Part shown: piece by piece, positions 61,949 through 64,000 of the stretch
How the letters are laid out: every line of letters starts with the position of its first letter
How positions within the stretch are numbered: position 1 is the stretch's first letter
Assembly: GCA_963745835.1 (NCBI GenBank)
Contig: CAVUZH010000016.1
Location: 497,742-561,741, forward strand
Direction: 5' to 3'
Source of the DNA: an uncultured delta proteobacterium
GTDB lineage: Bacteria; Desulfobacterota; Binatia; UBA9968
DNA: 64,000 nucleotides
Notes under the pieces: generated by a model
What the model was told of the DNA's origin: nothing
Databases searched by the model: none
Seen by the model: only the letters and a program-made list of their open reading frames with translations
Made by a program: the position numbers and the translations under genes

Positions 61949-62773
61949 TCATGCATCGGCTTGTTCCAGCACCCAGCGCGCGACTTCGTCGTGACGAGCA
62001 AACCAAATATCCGCAAACCCTTTCATATAATGGAGCAGCTCGCTGAGCATGGCTGCCATTAACGGCCGTCCGCCAAAATGTGTATGAACCGTCAGATTGA
62101 TCAGCGATGGCGACTCGGTGCGATATAGAAAGTCAAAAGTGTCTTTATACACGTTGAAAAAATCTCGCGGGCTACTGCGAAGCGTTCGGTTGTCGGTAAA
62201 ATCGCTGTGCGCAATCGCAACCAGCCGGCCTGCAGGCATGTTCATCGAATAAGGCAGATCAGTGTCGTTATAATCCCCGTGCCAGAGAAATCCTTCTTCC
62301 GCGAGAAATCGCGCGGTATTGACGGTCGGCGCGGCCACCGGGCTGAACCAACCCACCGGGCGAGTTCCCACTACGCTTTCGATAATGCGACTGCATTTCT
62401 GAATCACCTCTTTCTCTTCTTGCGCCGACAGATACGGCAGCACGAGATCCTGAGTGTAAGAGTGAGCTGAGATTTCATGCCCGCGAGCATGAAGCTGTTT
62501 TACGGCATCGGGGAAATCTTCCGCGCATTTAGCATTCAAACAGACCGTCCCTTTGACTTGACAATCATCGAGAATCCGCATGAGTCGCCAGACACCGGCC
62601 CTGCCGCCATATCGCGACCAGGAAATTCCTAAAAGGTCCGGCGTTCCAGATTTGAGCGCCGTGGTCATCGGCGAGTAGGGAGGCGCTTTACCTTCGGACC
62701 AGACCTCGAACATCACTGTGATCATAACGGCCAATCTATGATTAGCCGGCCAATGTGAAATTACTTTGTGCAT
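61949..62773 (-). CDS. Polysaccharide-deacetylase-fold hydrolase (PuuE-like)
   Basis: WPANHRLAV, YGGRAGVWR, HEISAH, PVGW.SP, HTHFGGRP. Confidence 0.85.
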   Translation of the reverse strand: MHKVISHWPANHRLAVMITVMFEVWSEGKAPPYSPMTTALKSGTPDLLGISWSRYGGRAGVWRLMRILDDCQVKGTVCLNAKCAEDFPDAVKQLHARGHEISAHSYTQDLVLPYLSAQEEKEVIQKCSRIIESVVGTRPVGWFSPVAAPTVNTARFLAEEGFLWHGDYNDTDLPYSMNMPAGRLVAIAHSDFTDNRTLRSSPRDFFNVYKDTFDFLYRTESPSLINLTVHTHFGGRPLMAAMLSELLHYMKGFADIWFARHDEVARWVLEQADA

Positions 62774-62801
62774 GAATCCTCCGACCGGAACGAATCAGCC
62801 G

Positions 62802-63746
62802 TCAGGAACTGAGGCTGCCGTGCCATAACTCGTCAATCCTTTGTAAATGCTCGGCAGGGATTATCGCATCCGCGCCTGCGGCATTTTCACGCATCTGCTG
62901 GGCGTTGCGAGCGCCCGGTATCGTGATGCTGACTGCAGGATGGGCCAAGCAAAAAGCGATCGCAGCCTGAGCAAAGGTTTGTATGTTCCGGTCTACCAGA
63001 AATCGGAGTTGCTCAGCCTTTTCGAGCTCACGGCGGAAGGGCTCGCCCTTGAAGCTGCGCGCCCGCACATCTTCACCCTGAAATCTGCCGTCGTCGGCCG
63101 CGGTTAGTTTCCCTGTCAAAATTCCGCGACGCAGCGGCACGCGTGCGATAATGCCTACATTGGCTGCTTGTGCGAGAGGAAATATTTTCTCCGCCGGCTC
63201 TTGCGCGAGAAGATTATACTCCAGTTGTACCGTATCCGAACGACCGTCGTTCACTGCCACGATACCTTCCTCGATACTATTGATCGAGACCCCATAATGG
63301 CGAATCTTGCCGGCTTTCTTGGCTCGCTCGAGCACCTCCCACACGTCGCCGCGCTCGATCACATCGACAGTGGGATTGTGCAACTGGTACAGATCCACAT
63401 AGTCGGTTTGAAGCCGCTTTAAGCTTTCCTCCATGACCCGAGCGATATAATCAGGCGCGAAATTTCGCTTGCCTCGGTCGGGACCAACCATGACGTTACC
63501 GCCCTTGGTTGCCAGAACGATTTTATCGCGTTTACCGCGCAGTGCTTGTCCGAGCAATGTTTCTGAATAGCCTGCGCCGTAGGCATCGGAGGTATCGATA
63601 AAGTTCACACCCAAGTCCATGGCCGTTTCAATCGCGCTCAGGGATTCACGATCATCCATGGGCCCGAAATGACCGGCATGGACCATTGTGCCCAGACCAA
63701 CGGCGCTCACCCGCAAACCTGTTCTACCAAGAATTCGGTATTTCAT
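62802..63746 (-). CDS. Aldo/keto reductase
   Basis: LGRTGLRVS, IDTSDAYG, LATK, SLKRLQTDYVDLYQLH, IPGA. Confidence 0.93.
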   Translation of the reverse strand: MKYRILGRTGLRVSAVGLGTMVHAGHFGPMDDRESLSAIETAMDLGVNFIDTSDAYGAGYSETLLGQALRGKRDKIVLATKGGNVMVGPDRGKRNFAPDYIARVMEESLKRLQTDYVDLYQLHNPTVDVIERGDVWEVLERAKKAGKIRHYGVSINSIEEGIVAVNDGRSDTVQLEYNLLAQEPAEKIFPLAQAANVGIIARVPLRRGILTGKLTAADDGRFQGEDVRARSFKGEPFRRELEKAEQLRFLVDRNIQTFAQAAIAFCLAHPAVSITIPGARNAQQMRENAAGADAIIPAEHLQRIDELWHGSLSS

Positions 63747-63872
63747 TCACCCTCCGGTTTTTGCGCCAACATAAAACACGTCTGCAGCCATGCGCAAGAT
63801 CAGGAACGATGATCGATAGATCCGACTGGTACTGCGATGTCCAAATTGCTCCCGTCGCCCGCCTCACTCTCG

Positions 63873-63901
63873 TTGACAAGCTCAGGCTAAAGCCATATTT
63901 T
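63873..63901 (+). promoter_or_regulatory. Putative sigma70 promoter of tRNA-Gly
   Basis: TTGACA-17 bp-TATTTT. Confidence 0.5.
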
Positions 63902-63925
63902 AACTGCACATCCACCCTGACTTGA

Positions 63926-64000
<75 letters not shown>

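Overview
64 kb of a moderately GC-rich bacterial chromosome. The many NMT1/SsuA-like solute-binding proteins, an LLM monooxygenase, hydantoinase-like enzymes and molybdoenzyme genes suggest a soil Binatia/deltaproteobacterial lineage (inference only). Most of the window is catabolism, transport and housekeeping: glmU-glmS, galT, rlmE, pyrD, queD, frmA, livHMGF and tRNA-Gly(CCC) at the right edge. An accessory metal(loid) islet (~22.1-30.2 kb) holds arsR-arsI/cadI-arsC-aquaporin, a decayed type ISP/IIG restriction-modification gene, TauE and CDF pseudogenes, ynfA, a methyltransferase and a DUF2933-like gene. Scattered single-base frameshifts in otherwise intact genes suggest long-read assembly errors. 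Best observations missed by the ORF track: (1) two diverged ~170-nt non-coding elements with a shared scaffold and variable internal loops, resembling orphan IS110 bridge-RNA regions; (2) a UGA-containing UxxC glutaredoxin (probable selenoprotein) with a SECIS-like hairpin; (3) a His-lined 8-blade beta-propeller with an extra N-terminal domain; (4) a hydantoinase-B/acetone-carboxylase-gamma fusion.
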